64,000 nt of DNA from assembly GCF_036588685.1 (NCBI RefSeq), contig NC_086384.1, positions 35,650,001-35,714,000 on the forward strand. The letters are read 5' to 3'. Origin of the DNA: Mytilus trossulus. Lineage: Eukaryota. Made by a program: the position numbers and the translations under genes. How positions within the stretch are numbered: the first letter of the stretch is position 1; each line of letters begins with the position of its first letter. The notes below the pieces were generated by a model. It ran no database searches, was not told the origin of the DNA, and saw only the letters and a list, made by a program, of their open reading frames with translations. Of the stretch, positions 62,271 to 64,000 are shown in pieces.

Positions 62271-63959
62271 ATGGCGACGTCAATACCAATATGCGACATT
62301 TGCATCACTCATGACATATCAACATTTGCTTCCGGTTGGTGTTTAGAATGTGAAGAAGCTATCTGCAGTGATTGTGAAAAACAGCATGGCTGTATGAAAT
62401 TAACAAAGCATCATAAAATTATATCTGTAGACAATAACAAGATGTCAACTTCCAATCTTGAATCAGAGCAGGAATGCAATGACCATTCCCGAAAGATAGA
62501 TTTCTTTTGTTTAAAACACTCTCAACCATGCTGTGTTACCTGCATTTTTGAAAAACACAAAAGATGTCAAGAATTGAAGCCATTACCGGAAGTCGAAAAG
62601 GGGATGACGTCATTCGATAGTTCGTTTGCAAATTTAGAGGACAGAGTAGAGGATATAATTGAAAGTATTACCGGTCTTGTAAAGGAGAAACAAGAAAATA
62701 AAACAAGATTAGAAGTTCAAAAAAATAACATTATAACCGAAGTTCAAACTATTCGAAGGTCAATAAATAGACACTTTGATAAAGTTCAACAGAGTCTAAT
62801 GGAAGGACTAGAAAAAGAAGAAAAGGCGCAAAACGAAAGAATAGATATGTGTATTGAGAAGCTTTCAGTAATCCTGAAGAAAGTTGACAAATTATCAAGT
62901 AAGTTGGAACAAGCAAAGCAACATAAATCAGAGTTCCAGGCTTTTATTGCTGCTTTTGAATGGGACAAAACAATTGAAAAAGAAGAAAAAGATTGGATTT
63001 CTTTGCAAACAGATAAAATATCAGATAGAGTTGATATTGAGTTAGATCTCTCTCCGATACTTATGGAGTTTGAAAAAGAGTTAACTGAATTTGGAAAGAT
63101 AGAAGTGACGTACTCTCCATCTAAGAAACTTCTATTAGAGAATCCTCCAAACCAAGGACAATCAGTGACCTCTGCATCAAGCGCCATTAATAAAATACAC
63201 CTAACAAATATTTGTTCTTTTCAAACACCACCCGGGACATCGACGGAAACACTTATAACAGACATAGATATGTTAGATGATGGACGAATTATCCTAGCCG
63301 ACAATTCGTCAAACAGACGTCTTGTTTTAATGAGTCAAGAAGGTGAACTTATCAAAATCATACAACTAAATGATACATGTTTCGGTGTTGCAGTTATAGA
63401 CAAAACAACAATTGCTACAACATTAGTAAAAAAGAAGAAAATTGCTATCATCGACATCGACTCATCGGAAATACAACGATTTATATCAATGAGCGAGGAT
63501 TGTTACGGATTATCTCTCGCAGGTGAATCATTAGTAGTCAGCCTCGATGACCCCACATTCCAGTTCGTTAATCTCTCTGGTAAAGTTGTATCTTCTGTTT
63601 GGAAAGCTGATTATGCCGATTATTGTTGCGTTCATAACAACAAACTGTATTATGCAACCTCAAGTGGCGACTCGGTATTCGAGGCGAAATTGAACGGAGA
63701 TATTGTCTGGAAATCTTACTGCCAGAAATACGATTTTCCAGATGGTATAACGACCGATGCTTCTGGTAATGTCTTTGTTGCTTGCAAGAGTAGTAAGAAA
63801 GTATTAGTCTTTGGTAAAGATGGCAAGGATTTTAGAGTTCTCTTGACCAAAGAAAATGGATTGAACAATCCAAGAGCTATACATTACAAACGTGAAATGA
63901 ACATACTTCTTGTGTGTAATTTATCCGGACAATGTTTTTTATACAAAGTTACAAATTGA
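62271..63959 (+). CDS. TRIM-like protein: B-box1, B-box2, coiled coil and NHL-type beta-propeller, no RING (TRIM2/3/71-like), 562 aa
   Basis: CDIC..WCLECEEAICSDCEKQH...HH (B-box1); CNDH..FFCLKHSQPCCVTC..KH..C (B-box2); E/K-rich heptads; PDGITTDASGNVFVAC and GLNNPRAI propeller repeats. Uninterrupted ORF with a TTTCAG acceptor 6 nt before the ATG. Confidence 0.92.
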   Translation: MATSIPICDICITHDISTFASGWCLECEEAICSDCEKQHGCMKLTKHHKIISVDNNKMSTSNLESEQECNDHSRKIDFFCLKHSQPCCVTCIFEKHKRCQELKPLPEVEKGMTSFDSSFANLEDRVEDIIESITGLVKEKQENKTRLEVQKNNIITEVQTIRRSINRHFDKVQQSLMEGLEKEEKAQNERIDMCIEKLSVILKKVDKLSSKLEQAKQHKSEFQAFIAAFEWDKTIEKEEKDWISLQTDKISDRVDIELDLSPILMEFEKELTEFGKIEVTYSPSKKLLLENPPNQGQSVTSASSAINKIHLTNICSFQTPPGTSTETLITDIDMLDDGRIILADNSSNRRLVLMSQEGELIKIIQLNDTCFGVAVIDKTTIATTLVKKKKIAIIDIDSSEIQRFISMSEDCYGLSLAGESLVVSLDDPTFQFVNLSGKVVSSVWKADYADYCCVHNNKLYYATSSGDSVFEAKLNGDIVWKSYCQKYDFPDGITTDASGNVFVACKSSKKVLVFGKDGKDFRVLLTKENGLNNPRAIHYKREMNILLVCNLSGQCFLYKVTN

Positions 63960-64000
63960 TTAATTTAGTATATTGGTACGATCTCAGAAATATCTTTTTT

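Noticed and set aside
62786-63187. 133-aa antisense ORF inside the TRIM-like gene
   Set aside because: Shadow ORF of an E/K-rich coding strand.

Overview
AT-rich, intron-containing animal genomic DNA, most likely from a bivalve such as Mytilus. This assignment is inferred from the repeat families and the RING-less B-box/NHL gene. Host genes were reconstructed by hand from splice sites and reading frame. (1) A minus-strand cluster of three ependymin-related (EPDR) paralogues: EPDR-A is intact (5 exons, 212 aa, 15877->9488); EPDR-B is an orphan, frameshifted exon 1 (24526->24391); EPDR-C has 4 exons (57300->44926) and one in-frame TAG. (2) Between B and C, a plus-strand 7-exon gene for a secreted NIDO + 2xVWA protein (27805->40171, 627 codons) with a single TAG at a conserved NIDO tryptophan. 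(3) A single-coding-exon B-box/coiled-coil/NHL TRIM-like gene (62271-63959). The rest is dense with Penelope-like retroelements and their short 3' tails, degenerate hammerhead-ribozyme retrozymes, MITEs, HINE-like elements, a solo LTR, an Academ-like relic and minisatellites. No new biological system can be demonstrated from sequence alone. The strongest leads are: an in-frame staircase of five duplicated splice donors in EPDR-C that would add His/Cys/Asp pentapeptides; a furin-site-delimited terminal peptide exon in EPDR-A whose stop codon lies inside a palindromic tandem repeat; and two otherwise intact secreted-protein genes, each broken by a single amber codon.
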